A stretch of 64,000 bases of DNA from a virus. Below, piece after piece: positions 21,228 to 31,066 of this stretch; position 1 is the first letter of the stretch, and each line of letters starts with the position of its first letter. The stretch covers positions 31,555 through 95,554 of IMG/VR virus record IMGVR_UViG_3300005573_000072. One strand, written 5' to 3'. A model generated the notes under the pieces. It was not told the DNA's origin and made no database searches. It saw only the letters and a program-made list of their open reading frames with translations. A program made the position numbers and the translations under genes.

Positions 21228-21240
21228 AACACCACCTTAT

Positions 21241-21273
21241 AAAAAACCCTCTGGTGGCATCGCCACAGAGGGT
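21241..21273 (-). terminator. Intrinsic terminator between the tail chaperones and the tape measure gene
   Basis: Minus-strand stem ACCCTCTGTGGC/GCCACCAGAGGGT followed by a T-run. Confidence 0.7.
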
Positions 21274-21339
21274 AGTTTTATAAATTCACCCGTTATGCCA
21301 CCACCAATTAATCCATATTTTTCCAAATGCTCTTTCGAG

Positions 21340-21723
21340 CTACATAAATTCGTCCTCAACCTCATAAATTTCATCTGCTTGATATGCAGATATTCCTTTA
21401 TGCCCAAAACCAAGCTTACGATAATTTTCTTCGTATCTTATGTTAAACTGCTCGTTTTGATATTCCATCCATTTATCGAGCAATTCATCATCTTTTATTA
21501 TCCGTTCAGGCGGTCTATCTATTGAAGAATAGACCGAATCATACATTAAACACCAATTCACAAAAGCTAATTGTGCTATTGACCAATCATTTATTTCAGT
21601 TGGGAATAAATTCGATTTCAACTCTTTGCTTGATACCCACAATAATCTAGCTAAATTATTCTTTGCTAATAATCGCATTAATTTATCTACTGGTATAAGT
21701 TCTCCTCGTCGCCACTTCCTCAT
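21340..21723 (-). CDS. Putative tail assembly chaperone 2
   Basis: 127 aa directly upstream of the TMP, with an ATGA overlap with the preceding gene. Confidence 0.6.
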   Translation of the reverse strand: MRKWRRGELIPVDKLMRLLAKNNLARLLWVSSKELKSNLFPTEINDWSIAQLAFVNWCLMYDSVYSSIDRPPERIIKDDELLDKWMEYQNEQFNIRYEENYRKLGFGHKGISAYQADEIYEVEDEFM

Positions 21724-22484
21724 CCTTCCTCCGCCATTAATTTAGATAAAACCTCAATTTCTGGAAATTCTTTTATAAACTCTGCCGAAACACCCGCAGA
21801 AAACGTTATAAATTGATACATCGCCTGTGCAAGTAAATTATTATTTGTTTCATTCAAATAATCTTCATAATCTTCCCAATATCTTTCGTTTGTATCTACT
21901 CTATAAAGGCATTTATATAGTAAATAACCCATACGAGCTTCATTAGCTCTTCCTTCAGCTGTATTTGTAAAATATGAATCTTTTTCCATCTTTAAACTTG
22001 TAGCTTCATCCCTAAGAGATGCGATTTTCTTGGCCAACTCCAACGACTTTTTCTTCGATTTCTTATCCTCAAGATTTTTTATCTCGTCCAATTCAACCAA
22101 CAATTTTACAATCTGTGAAGTCAATTTATCAACTTTTTCATCTATTTCCTTTATTAAGCCTCGTTCATCAAGGATTTTTTCCATTTCCTTATTCGTAGGG
22201 AGGCCCTCTTTTAACGCTTTGCCCAACATTTTGGTGTATTGCCAATCTGCTTCTTGTTGGTCTCTTACTGTGGGAGTCTTTATATATAAATCCCCAATCC
22301 CTGCTGCTGAAAAATATCTACGGCCTGTTCGCAATTCAGTCAATAACTTATTAGCCTGTTCGTTTGTTAACTCATCATTTTTAACAATTAAATCTTCGTC
22401 AACTTCCTGAAGATTAGACTTTATCTCCATAATATCTTCCTTTGTAATTTCCTCATCATTAGATAGTACTTTATCCTCTTCCAT
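21720..22484 (-). CDS. Putative tail assembly chaperone
   Basis: Charged helical protein between the tail tube and the TMP. Start moved to MEEDK, which follows a GGAGG RBS. Confidence 0.6.
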   Translation of the reverse strand: MEEDKVLSNDEEITKEDIMEIKSNLQEVDEDLIVKNDELTNEQANKLLTELRTGRRYFSAAGIGDLYIKTPTVRDQQEADWQYTKMLGKALKEGLPTNKEMEKILDERGLIKEIDEKVDKLTSQIVKLLVELDEIKNLEDKKSKKKSLELAKKIASLRDEATSLKMEKDSYFTNTAEGRANEARMGYLLYKCLYRVDTNERYWEDYEDYLNETNNNLLAQAMYQFITFSAGVSAEFIKEFPEIEVLSKLMAEEG

Positions 22485-22485
22485 C

Positions 22486-22731
22486 TTAATTCTCCTCCAC
22501 TTCCATTTTTTCCACAATCAAATCATATCTTTTCCGTATGTCATATAAATCTACGATAGAATGTAACCGCCTAATAGCATCATTACCATGATCTAATACA
22601 CGTGTCCTAAATCTTTTATAAGTCCATTGATTAGGTGTAGCAAGTTCAGCATCTCTCAAAATTTTATCAAACATCACAGTAATTTCTCGCTGAATCTCCC
22701 CTTTAAGAGATTCCCTATCCACTAAATCCAT
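22486..22731 (-). CDS. Hypothetical phage protein
   Basis: 81 aa with a strong AAGGAGG RBS. Confidence 0.7.
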   Translation of the reverse strand: MDLVDRESLKGEIQREITVMFDKILRDAELATPNQWTYKRFRTRVLDHGNDAIRRLHSIVDLYDIRKRYDLIVEKMEVEEN

Positions 22732-22779
22732 TTTTTACCTCCTTATTATTTTTCCTTTTTATCCAACCCTAAATCTTGG

Positions 22780-22803
22780 TAAAGGGGGATTTCTCCCCCT
22801 TTA
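22780..22803 (-). terminator. Stem-loop after the major tail protein gene
   Basis: TAAAGGGGGA-GAAA-TCCCCCTTTA, a perfect 10-bp stem immediately after the stop codon. Confidence 0.65.
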
Positions 22804-22805
22804 TA

Positions 22806-24431
22806 TTAACGGCAACCAGTAACCGTAATATTATCGCACGTCAAAGTCCAGTTTTGTGTAGCATTAGCATCTACACGCAAATCAAACGCATCATTTGTCA
22901 CACTTAGATCAGTAAGAACAATTTTCTTTAAATATGGCTGCCACTTATAAGGAGCTTCCTGCCGCTTTACATCATTTTCCCTATACATATAGATATATAG
23001 GTACAAATTCTTAATGAAATCATCAAGTTGTAATTCTGTAGCCGAAGAAAGACTTATACCACAAAGCTTAGCAAGCTCCTCAAGATCAGAAGCAGTAGTA
23101 TTTAAATTCACCGTCACAGGAATAGGCATCTGCAAAGGACGAGAATAAGGCAAATGATGGCCTATTTCATTAAGAGCTGTTCTTGTCAACCCTAACGAAA
23201 CTGAACAAGACTCAACACGCAGAGTCATGCTAGAAGACGAGGGTGAGAATTGCTCAGGAGGCAGAAGTGACAAATAAACCTCAATCTGTCCCTGATTAAG
23301 AACCGCAGGAAGATCAGGATGAGATTTATCAGGCTTAGGCAACTTCTTGAAAACGCACCATAAATCAACATTCGCCGCATATCTAGCAATAATTGTTGTA
23401 GTATTTGGGATGCTATAATTAAATGTAAGCGTCTTGGTACCAGAATTATAAGAAAATTCATCATTAGCTGAAACAGTAGTTACCTCTTTAAGTGTTGTAT
23501 ATTTACCTGTAGTGCTATCATATAAATAGACCTTCAAGAAATATTTACCATTTTTGAGTTGCACAGGATCAGGAGTACTACCTAACTCTTTCTGAACTGT
23601 CATCGAAGACAAGGTTTTTGTAGTTCCCGAGCCAACAGCCCTTGCATCAACGATTGTACGCTTATTACCTAAAAACCACCTACGGTTATCAGTTTCAGCA
23701 GACATATTTTCTGTGGAAGCCCCACCAGTATTGCACGCAAATTCAAGACGACTCAGGAAAGCATTCTCCATGTAAGCGGTACGAGTAATATAATCTGTAG
23801 TAGTGGAAGCATCACCAGATTCCTTCACACCAACAATCACGTCCACACTGGCATTCTCAAAATCTTTCTCTGTAATCGTAATATAATCATGACAATTAAG
23901 AATATGCTTATTTTCTATTGTTGTCTGCCCAGAGCTTAAATAAATCTCAGCAATCTTCAAGTTGCCTGCGGGCGTAGTCGGTGGTGTAGGGTTAACACCC
24001 GAAGTACCACTTGTAATCGCCAATGTACCATTTTTTGTAAGAGACAGCACAACAATACAGTTATTGCTACTAGGAGCAGCCAATGTTGCGGTTCCACCAG
24101 AGAATACATAACGGCATTCATCGATAAAATATTCATCATTACTAATGTTAACAGTCATACCGCCAGAGGGTGTAACTTGTACATAACCATAATTAAAGCA
24201 CTTGTTGGCAAATAAAGCCAATGTCTTCATAGAACCATCTTGGTTTCTATCTAATGTAATATCAACAGTCGGAACACCATCAGCCACCTCAACAATACTA
24301 TCATTACCAATTTCTTTAATCTCTTCAGGATTTAACGCTGAAGTAAACCCAATCGCCTGCAAACGATGAAGCTGATGGTCATTGGCTTTAACCCCAACTG
24401 CAGAATGTTTTATTCTAACAGGTTTCGGCAT
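22806..24431 (-). CDS. Major tail (tube) protein with inserted accessory domains
   Basis: 541 aa, located after the tail-completion gene and before the chaperones and TMP. Beta-rich and followed by a hairpin. Confidence 0.7.
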   Translation of the reverse strand: MPKPVRIKHSAVGVKANDHQLHRLQAIGFTSALNPEEIKEIGNDSIVEVADGVPTVDITLDRNQDGSMKTLALFANKCFNYGYVQVTPSGGMTVNISNDEYFIDECRYVFSGGTATLAAPSSNNCIVVLSLTKNGTLAITSGTSGVNPTPPTTPAGNLKIAEIYLSSGQTTIENKHILNCHDYITITEKDFENASVDVIVGVKESGDASTTTDYITRTAYMENAFLSRLEFACNTGGASTENMSAETDNRRWFLGNKRTIVDARAVGSGTTKTLSSMTVQKELGSTPDPVQLKNGKYFLKVYLYDSTTGKYTTLKEVTTVSANDEFSYNSGTKTLTFNYSIPNTTTIIARYAANVDLWCVFKKLPKPDKSHPDLPAVLNQGQIEVYLSLLPPEQFSPSSSSMTLRVESCSVSLGLTRTALNEIGHHLPYSRPLQMPIPVTVNLNTTASDLEELAKLCGISLSSATELQLDDFIKNLYLYIYMYRENDVKRQEAPYKWQPYLKKIVLTDLSVTNDAFDLRVDANATQNWTLTCDNITVTGCR

Positions 24432-24452
24432 TAAGCTTTTCCTCCTTTCATT

Positions 24453-25004
24453 TTATCTTAAACATACAGCAGTAAAAGTGAGTTGAACACGATGAGCCAT
24501 TATATCACCAACAATTTCTGCTGGTGCTAAATTAACAGCGCTCATATTTTCAAACCACAACTCCGAATCAACATATTCCCCACTTGGAAATTGCTTCATT
24601 AATTTATTACCACTATTTGAATAAAAATATTCCGGAAAACCAGAAGAATCAAAATCATATACATAACTACTTTTATCAAGCAAATCCTCATATAAAATAG
24701 TTTTAAGAAAATTCTTCTCTGCATCACTTTTAGCAAAAATATCAACCACACAAGATTGCCTTATATAATAACCGCCACCAATTTGTAATCCTGAATCATT
24801 TCTTTCAAGACTATAGAAAGCAACCGTAGGCAAAGGAATATTTAATTCCTCGGGCCACCCATTTATTACCTTAACATAATAAGGTACTTCATCACGGTAT
24901 AAATTGTCCTGGTAACCTTCATCTATTGTGTTGCAACCATGGTTGTGTAAAATATCTTTTATATAATATATAACTGACAAATCGATTTTTGTACTCCGAT
25001 CCAC
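24453..25004 (-). CDS. Putative tail terminator/completion protein
   Basis: 183 aa with 'LPTVA..., VDIFAKSD' and the canonical position before the tail tube. Confidence 0.6.
   Translation of the reverse strand: MDRSTKIDLSVIYYIKDILHNHGCNTIDEGYQDNLYRDEVPYYVKVINGWPEELNIPLPTVAFYSLERNDSGLQIGGGYYIRQSCVVDIFAKSDAEKNFLKTILYEDLLDKSSYVYDFDSSGFPEYFYSNSGNKLMKQFPSGEYVDSELWFENMSAVNLAPAEIVGDIMAHRVQLTFTAVCLR
24603..24633 (-). promoter_or_regulatory. Putative phage late promoter upstream of the tail tube gene
   Basis: GGAATA-N17-GTAATAAA about 170 nt upstream of the start at 24431. It lies inside a CDS, so it is less certain. Confidence 0.4.
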
Positions 25005-25005
25005 T

Positions 25006-25923
25006 TTAACCCCTCTTTATTTGTAAAAGATTTCTTCTCACAATCCGATGAACAATATTCTCGTTACCAACAACTCGCCTAATACAGCAATAAGCCTTGC
25101 TTGCCTTTGGTAAATCAAGTGTTTCAACAGTACCTTTATATGTAGTATAATAAGCTTTAAATGTCTTTTTAGAGCGTCTTTGAACCATATAATAAGACAC
25201 ATACGAATGCCTTTCCTGCCCCGCTTTCATTAACTTTCTTTTAGATGTACGATACTTGGGATTCTTCTCTACTATCCCTAATGGCCCTCTTTTTACAAAA
25301 AAATCTTTTGGTGTTGGACGCATATAATAATATTCTTTTCCATGGACAGTCAATTTTGCCATTATATAATTAGAAGGAACAACTGTTCCATATTCAAGTA
25401 AACGCCAATAATGATAAGTTGTAGGATATACGCCAGCAAATATCTTTCTTCCACGAATTACAAATTTTCTAGGTTTTTCAACTCCAACCATTAACACAAT
25501 ATCTTTTCTTTTCAACTGTTCTGGAATATCAAGCCATCTACTATCGACTACAATATAATGAAAATCGTTGCCTAATTCTTCAACTTCAATTTCTCGATGC
25601 GAACGTAATATTTCCCCAGGAGACCTAAACTCCTCTGCCCTAGATTTTCGTCCAATTTCGTTACCTTTAAATTCATTATGTGCCGCATCAAAATTATTAG
25701 CAATAATATCACGCATTTCAAGCGCAGCATTAGCAAAAGCTTCATTAACTATACTTTGTGCGTATGCTTTATATCTTTCAGCAACTCTGGAAGTGTAACT
25801 TACTACATATTTATTAATCACATCGCCCGCTTTTAATAAATCAGGTAAATTAAGTAAAGTAATATACGCACTTTCCTGTTGCTTCGAGCCTATTATAAAT
25901 GTAGGTGCTTGCTTTACTATCAT
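25006..25923 (-). CDS. Neck/tail-completion protein (HK97 gp10-like)
   Basis: 305 aa, basic, with a 'YWRLLEYGT' motif and a neck-module position. Confidence 0.55.
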   Translation of the reverse strand: MIVKQAPTFIIGSKQQESAYITLLNLPDLLKAGDVINKYVVSYTSRVAERYKAYAQSIVNEAFANAALEMRDIIANNFDAAHNEFKGNEIGRKSRAEEFRSPGEILRSHREIEVEELGNDFHYIVVDSRWLDIPEQLKRKDIVLMVGVEKPRKFVIRGRKIFAGVYPTTYHYWRLLEYGTVVPSNYIMAKLTVHGKEYYYMRPTPKDFFVKRGPLGIVEKNPKYRTSKRKLMKAGQERHSYVSYYMVQRRSKKTFKAYYTTYKGTVETLDLPKASKAYCCIRRVVGNENIVHRIVRRNLLQIKRG

Positions 25924-26348
25924 TTTTCTCTCTTCCTACAATTGAATATAGTAAATTCATGCGTATAGATAATCGTTTTTGATATTTCTATAATATCATA
26001 TTCCACATTATTAATTAATAATGTCTTTTTATTCTCCAAATATTTCCTAAAATAATATATAGATTTACTATCTACATAAACTTGAGCCAAACTCTCTTCT
26101 TTTATCCCGCCACTTTGCCAAACCCCAATTGATGTTCCATATTGAACAATAGCTGGAATTATAACTTTCTTTAATTGACTTATTTTACCTGTCCCGCCAC
26201 ACACAGGGCATTGCGGGTTTGTACTTTGTCTCAAGATTGGATTGTAATCACACGAACCACAAAATGTATCCATCGAAACGTTTATTTGCACTCTAACAGA
26301 TTTTCCTAATTCTTTTATTAATTTTTTATAATCACTTGCTATACTCAT
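25920..26348 (-). CDS. Putative head-closure protein with two CxxC pairs
   Basis: 142 aa with CGSC...CPVCGGTG, located after the adaptor. Confidence 0.55.
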   Translation of the reverse strand: MSIASDYKKLIKELGKSVRVQINVSMDTFCGSCDYNPILRQSTNPQCPVCGGTGKISQLKKVIIPAIVQYGTSIGVWQSGGIKEESLAQVYVDSKSIYYFRKYLENKKTLLINNVEYDIIEISKTIIYTHEFTIFNCRKREK

Positions 26349-27046
26349 AGCAAATCACTTAACCAAATTCTTCCAGATTCTATGATAGCTACTTTGTCAG
26401 GAAAACTACCGGCTTCCAGCGGTTTAAACCCGCCTGATAAAATATATGGATTAAATGAAATATTCATATTTATATAATTAATCAAACTGTTTATTTCTTG
26501 ACGTAATTTATCTAAGGCAGCCAGTCTATCCCTTGTAATATTAGCTTTATTCACTGCAATATCTGCAGTTCTCCAACTATAATATTCACCAGCTTCTGCA
26601 ACCATCCTATTTACTTCTAATTCATAATGAGCAAATAACAAAATCAATTTTCTTTCAATATTTGTTGGATCAGGATTAACAACATAAGCTGGATTCTGGC
26701 CTGAAACCTCAAAAGATGAACCTATCATTATATTACAATCTAAAACAGCATCTTTCAAATAATCTAATAAAACCCTGTCTGATACCTGATAAGTTTTGTA
26801 AAAAACGGATATTACGGTATTTTCGGCAGGAGCATCACTGAACTGTAATTTACCTGTTTCTCCATCAATATTGTAATATGTGGTTAATACCCCATCTAAA
26901 TAAACTTCTCCTACTGAACTATCTATAGGAATAAATTGCAGAAAAAAACTCTTTGTTGTACCATCCCCTATAAATTCTTGATAATTTACTTCACCATAAT
27001 CATTAATTCGTCTACGAAAATCAGAAAGCAAATCACCTAGTAGCAT
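26345..27046 (-). CDS. Putative head-tail adaptor with an inserted beta-sandwich domain
   Basis: Helical adaptor-like flanks around a 'GDGTTKSF...VYLDG...TGKLQFSDAPA' insertion. Confidence 0.55.
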   Translation of the reverse strand: MLLGDLLSDFRRRINDYGEVNYQEFIGDGTTKSFFLQFIPIDSSVGEVYLDGVLTTYYNIDGETGKLQFSDAPAENTVISVFYKTYQVSDRVLLDYLKDAVLDCNIMIGSSFEVSGQNPAYVVNPDPTNIERKLILLFAHYELEVNRMVAEAGEYYSWRTADIAVNKANITRDRLAALDKLRQEINSLINYINMNISFNPYILSGGFKPLEAGSFPDKVAIIESGRIWLSDLL

Positions 27047-27366
27047 TAAACACACTCCTTAACAAAAATAAAATCACGATTAATAGTTCGTTTTAAACCA
27101 TTTGGGAAGGTAAGCTCAATTTCATACATATAGCAACCAGGTTTTATTAAAGTATCACCAGAAGTTAAATATAATTTAAATTGCCCACCAGAAGGATTAT
27201 ATAAGTCTATTTCCTCTATATTTTCTGATGATTTTGTTAAAATTGTCCTATTTCCATCTAATATATAAAATTTAACCAATACATCAACTAAATTCAATGC
27301 CTTGCCTTCACTTGTAACTGTCACATCATATTCTTCAGTATCTCCACATATCGCTTCAATTGGCAC
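27046..27366 (-). CDS. Small beta-sandwich virion protein (BppU N-terminal-like)
   Basis: 106 aa with a 'GDT...LTSGDT...PG.Y.YEIEL' pattern. Confidence 0.55.
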   Translation of the reverse strand: MPIEAICGDTEEYDVTVTSEGKALNLVDVLVKFYILDGNRTILTKSSENIEEIDLYNPSGGQFKLYLTSGDTLIKPGCYMYEIELTFPNGLKRTINRDFIFVKECV

Positions 27367-27382
27367 CTAAACCACCTCTGGC

Positions 27383-27401
27383 GGGTGGATAAAATCCACC
27401 C
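27383..27401 (-). terminator. Stem-loop after the major capsid gene
   Basis: An 8-bp stem GGGTGGAT/ATCCACCC. There is no U-tract on the minus strand, so it may be an RNA-stabilising hairpin. Confidence 0.45.
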
Positions 27402-27409
27402 TTTATCTA

Positions 27410-28294
27410 TTAGAAGCTAATATTAATCACTTCAACAATGCGGTCAGAATCAAGCACACCAAATCCAACTTCTTCGTAAGCGATAACACCCACCCTAAAC
27501 TTCTTAATAGCGGTCGGATCATCAAACGTCCGCAAATTCTCACGAATCGGCATAAACCCAAGAAGTCCGGGGCGAGTATCAAAAGCAAAACACTCATCTT
27601 CCCCAAGACGATGCGAAACATTCAGGGTCGCACCCCACAGACCTTCAAGACCAGCACCCACAAAAATCTCACGCTGTGTTGTGGGATCAATCTTTGTGGC
27701 TTCCCAATCACGAATGGAAGCAAGACCCTTTGCACTCGCATATACAGCTGTGCACTTATAACCACGACGCTCCTCAAACTTCACAAAAACTGCATTCAAA
27801 ATTTTCTTTGTTATTCCTGCTTCGCCCGTACCATAAAGATCAGAAGCATCTACTTGATTAGTAGCCTGAGAAGCTGCCTTTAGCACAGCCCAACCAGCTT
27901 CTTCCTCTTGGTCAACAATGGAGTCCATTAAACGTTGCTGAGCACGCTCAGCCACATTAAAACGCCCGTCACGAGCAAACTGCTCCTTATACTCAACATT
28001 GCCAGTAATCTCAAAGGTAGGAATAGTCACTTCCTCGGTTGTCACAAGGTTTATCGGATGACTACCCATCTTTGGGAGCACCCACGCATTGATATAGGGC
28101 AAGTCAATCGTATAAACAGGAACAGCCCTATCAGGAAGCTCATCAACAGTAAAAATATTACGAACATTAACTTCAGCGGGAAGTTTCTCAAGAATTAACT
28201 GCGCCCAAGTCCTAGCGTAGGCCGCACGCTCTCTTTCGGAAGCAATAGTTTTTCTAAAAAGCTCCTCTTTCTCCTTTCTTGTAAGTTCAGACAT
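27410..28294 (-). CDS. Major capsid protein (HK97-type fold)
   Basis: 294 aa in the order protease-scaffold-decoration-MCP, followed by a hairpin. It has 'VTIPTFEI' and a C-terminal 'GVIAYEEVGFGVLD'. Confidence 0.8.
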   Translation of the reverse strand: MSELTRKEKEELFRKTIASERERAAYARTWAQLILEKLPAEVNVRNIFTVDELPDRAVPVYTIDLPYINAWVLPKMGSHPINLVTTEEVTIPTFEITGNVEYKEQFARDGRFNVAERAQQRLMDSIVDQEEEAGWAVLKAASQATNQVDASDLYGTGEAGITKKILNAVFVKFEERRGYKCTAVYASAKGLASIRDWEATKIDPTTQREIFVGAGLEGLWGATLNVSHRLGEDECFAFDTRPGLLGFMPIRENLRTFDDPTAIKKFRVGVIAYEEVGFGVLDSDRIVEVINISF

Positions 28295-28322
28295 TTCAAC
28301 CTCCCATCACTATATTTAAATA

Positions 28323-28760
28323 TTAAATAAGACTCTTAAAGCGAATCACACCATTATTAGGAGCACCATCAGCAATACCAACCACTTGACCACCAGAAGT
28401 GTTGGTTAAATAACCACCACTAGCACTGTGGCAATAAAGTTTTGTTCCAGCCTGAATAGTACCAATGTACTTATCTGTCTTCAAAATGGCAGTACCCATA
28501 TACACACCAACTTTGTCACCAACCTTAGCGGTACGGGAAATCAGACCATTAATTGCACTTTGGTCACTAATTCCAGTTGTCGTTACATCCTGGGTAACAA
28601 AACCAAACGGAGTATCCGCACTGGTAGCCTTATAAAGCATACCATCATTCCTTAAAGTAACCACCATCATTTCTTCCATAGGTTCACCAGCTGCGTAGAA
28701 AATCACTATCTCAGGCGGCTCCACAATATCTAAGAAGAGATTCGGATTATTAACAGACAT
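28323..28760 (-). CDS. Putative capsid decoration/cement protein
   Basis: 145 aa, Gly/beta-rich, immediately upstream of the MCP. Confidence 0.65.
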   Translation of the reverse strand: MSVNNPNLFLDIVEPPEIVIFYAAGEPMEEMMVVTLRNDGMLYKATSADTPFGFVTQDVTTTGISDQSAINGLISRTAKVGDKVGVYMGTAILKTDKYIGTIQAGTKLYCHSASGGYLTNTSGGQVVGIADGAPNNGVIRFKSLI

Positions 28761-28786
28761 CTCCTATCATAACCTCCTTTTCATTT

Positions 28787-29758
28787 TTACTTATGTATCT
28801 TTAAAAATTCTTGAACTAATTCTTCATCTACAGGCATATCTTCAAGATTTAAACTAATCGAAGCCGAGGTTTTAACAATAATTTCACTATCTTCGGCTTC
28901 ATCATCATAACGCTCGACACGGCGAGCTTTTACTTCTTCTCCAGAAGCATCAGCCTTATCAGGCTCTTCAGCTTCTTCTTCAGCCTTCGCTTCAACTGTT
29001 TCAGTTGCTTCAACTTTTTCTTCAGCTGCTTCCTCCTGTATTTCCTCACTAGCTGCAACAGATTCCTCAGTTTGCTCACCTTCCTTAGAAACATTTTCTT
29101 CGGAAGCCTCAACTTTATTAGGAAGTAAGCTAATAAGAAGATCAAAAATCTCATCTTCTAAATTAGCAATTGCTTCCATCTTTTCTTCGGGAATTTCTAC
29201 ACCCTTCTCAGCAAGCATGGATGCACGAGAAAACATCCTTTTTTCATACTGAAACTGCGCCACAATTTCTTGTAATCTCTGGTTTTCAGCCTCAGCTTTC
29301 TCAATACGCTCCTTTAAACTGTTGTAATCTTCAAGCAGTTTTTCATAATTCATCTTTATCTCTTCATAAGCCTTCGCTTCTTCCAAAGATGCTTCACCTC
29401 TTTTCTTCTTCTGACAAATCACACACTCATCGTGTTCAACTCCATATTTATTTTTCAGAATTCGCACGATTCTATCATGAACGCGCTTAAAATCCTCCTT
29501 CGAGTAGCCTGCTGTAACACCACCCGCAGAAGGATTGTTATAATATTTAGCGAGATACCTTAAAGCTGCTAAAGCTCGCGCTTTAGTATCACATGGAAAA
29601 GCATTATGTTCTGGATCACCTAATAACTCAGAAGGTACATCCTCCCACCTATGTTTGTTGTAATAAGGTTCTTCTTTTTTTGCTTCCACTGTTTCTAATT
29701 CAGCCATTGCCTGCTCAAGCTGAACTTCAAAAGGTAAAGTTTCATCTATATCACGCAT
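28787..29758 (-). CDS. Putative capsid scaffold protein with an N-terminal DUF6582-like domain
   Basis: Coiled-coil and highly acidic C-terminal half, plus a 'GDPEHNAFPCDT..RALAALRY' N-terminal domain. Start moved to the ATG after the GGAGG RBS. Confidence 0.6.
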   Translation of the reverse strand: MRDIDETLPFEVQLEQAMAELETVEAKKEEPYYNKHRWEDVPSELLGDPEHNAFPCDTKARALAALRYLAKYYNNPSAGGVTAGYSKEDFKRVHDRIVRILKNKYGVEHDECVICQKKKRGEASLEEAKAYEEIKMNYEKLLEDYNSLKERIEKAEAENQRLQEIVAQFQYEKRMFSRASMLAEKGVEIPEEKMEAIANLEDEIFDLLISLLPNKVEASEENVSKEGEQTEESVAASEEIQEEAAEEKVEATETVEAKAEEEAEEPDKADASGEEVKARRVERYDDEAEDSEIIVKTSASISLNLEDMPVDEELVQEFLKIHK

Positions 29759-29780
29759 CAATATCCCTCCTTTCAATGTT

Positions 29781-29811
29781 ATATATACATTAAATATTAA
29801 TTAAATATTCC
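29781..29811 (-). promoter_or_regulatory. Putative phage late promoter for scaffold-decoration-capsid
   Basis: GGAATA-N17-GTATATAT directly upstream of the scaffold RBS. Confidence 0.55.
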
Positions 29812-30547
29812 ACAATTGCCTATGAACTCGTTCATGTTCTTTTATCAATTGCTCCTCCGAAAGAGGAGAATGTATTTCACCAGCGAAGGCTTTATGCAAA
29901 TATTTATGATATTCTTCTAAATTAGAGTAAAGCGAAGCAACGCTTTTAATTATTGCACCTTTATCCGCAGGAGATGCCGTAATAGCACCACCACCAAAGA
30001 TTACATTCCTTAATTCTCTCGATACAAACCTACCATCATCTAAATAAGTACCTCTTAATTCGTGCAATTCCTCAGCTTTTGCTTCACCCTTTTCATATAC
30101 CTCTTCATAATCGCCAACTACCATTCTATAGGAAGAAAACCAAGCTTCCATAGAAATAAAAGCAGAATCCACATGATATTCCGGGGAATCTTTAGCCATA
30201 GCTTCATAAATAAGATTGGCATAATCTTCATATAGAAATTTCCAAATTTTTCCTACACATTCAATATAATATAAACCATCTTCAGTCTTTTTCAATGAAG
30301 AAGAAGCAATTGTCCCAATAATAGGTTCCTTATGCTCCCAATTCAAAGGTTTATAAATAGGTGTGCGCCAAGAAGCCTTTAATTCTTCAGCCGTAAATCT
30401 ATCCCCACGACTATTCACACCTTCATGACATAAGATGAATTCTAAATTCATCAAATCAACGCTTTCGCGTGTGCTTGCAGTACTTATATCCACTAAATGG
30501 ACTTTACTAAGAGGAATATCAAGGACAATTCTTTGTAAATTCTTCAT
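29801..30547 (-). CDS. Prohead maturation protease
   Basis: 248 aa with 'N.RGDRF..EEL', 'KPLNWEH', 'ISMEAW' and 'GAITASPAD', located between portal and scaffold. Confidence 0.7.
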   Translation of the reverse strand: MKNLQRIVLDIPLSKVHLVDISTASTRESVDLMNLEFILCHEGVNSRGDRFTAEELKASWRTPIYKPLNWEHKEPIIGTIASSSLKKTEDGLYYIECVGKIWKFLYEDYANLIYEAMAKDSPEYHVDSAFISMEAWFSSYRMVVGDYEEVYEKGEAKAEELHELRGTYLDDGRFVSRELRNVIFGGGAITASPADKGAIIKSVASLYSNLEEYHKYLHKAFAGEIHSPLSEEQLIKEHERVHRQLWNI

Positions 30548-30557
30548 TTTATCCTCC

Positions 30558-30701
30558 TTATTTCTTAACCATCACATTTCCATTATTAACTTTATCCCAA
30601 AGCAAACGCTGGTTTGTAAAAATTTGCTCAGCAATTTCTTTTGCTCGCTCTTTCAATTCTTTGGTTGATGCAAGCAGGTCTTTCTTATCATCACTATTCA
30701 T
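30558..30701 (-). CDS. Small hypothetical protein (47 aa, not in the ORF track)
   Basis: MNSDDKKDLLASTKELKERAKEIAEQIFTNQRLLWDKVNNGNVMVKK* with an AAGGGGG RBS. It fills the intergenic gap. Confidence 0.55.
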   Translation of the reverse strand: MNSDDKKDLLASTKELKERAKEIAEQIFTNQRLLWDKVNNGNVMVKK

Positions 30702-31047
30702 CTTGACCCCCTTTCTTCTTACCCTCTGCGAAAATTAATAGTTGTAGTGTATTATTTATACCACTCAATGCTTGCAATATTAATTCCTGTGTAGCATTTA
30801 ATTCACCTAATATTTTATAAATATTATCCAAATCCTTAGCTCTTATTTGATTACTTTCAGTAATTTGCCCTGAAAAATCATTACACATTTGCAATACTCT
30901 ATTATATAACTCTTTTGGTACATAATTTTTCAAATAAAATCTAACTAAGCCACCAATAAAAGTAGCTAATGCTACAATTGCTGCAATCAGTATCCCTAAT
31001 AACCACTCTGTTGTAGGATTACTAGGCACATTAATATTAAACCACAT
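30694..31047 (-). CDS. Small membrane protein with one TM helix and a coiled coil (holin/haemolysin-like?)
   Basis: 117 aa with the hydrophobic segment WLLGILIAAIVALATFIGGLV. Confidence 0.5.
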   Translation of the reverse strand: MWFNINVPSNPTTEWLLGILIAAIVALATFIGGLVRFYLKNYVPKELYNRVLQMCNDFSGQITESNQIRAKDLDNIYKILGELNATQELILQALSGINNTLQLLIFAEGKKKGGQDE

Positions 31048-31066
31048 ATATTATCACCCAAACAAA

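Noticed and set aside
21700-21790. Programmed -1 frameshift between the tail chaperones
   Set aside because: There is no canonical slippery heptamer, and the -1 frame is open for only about 6 codons upstream. The ATGA overlap with a GGAGG RBS explains ORF2.
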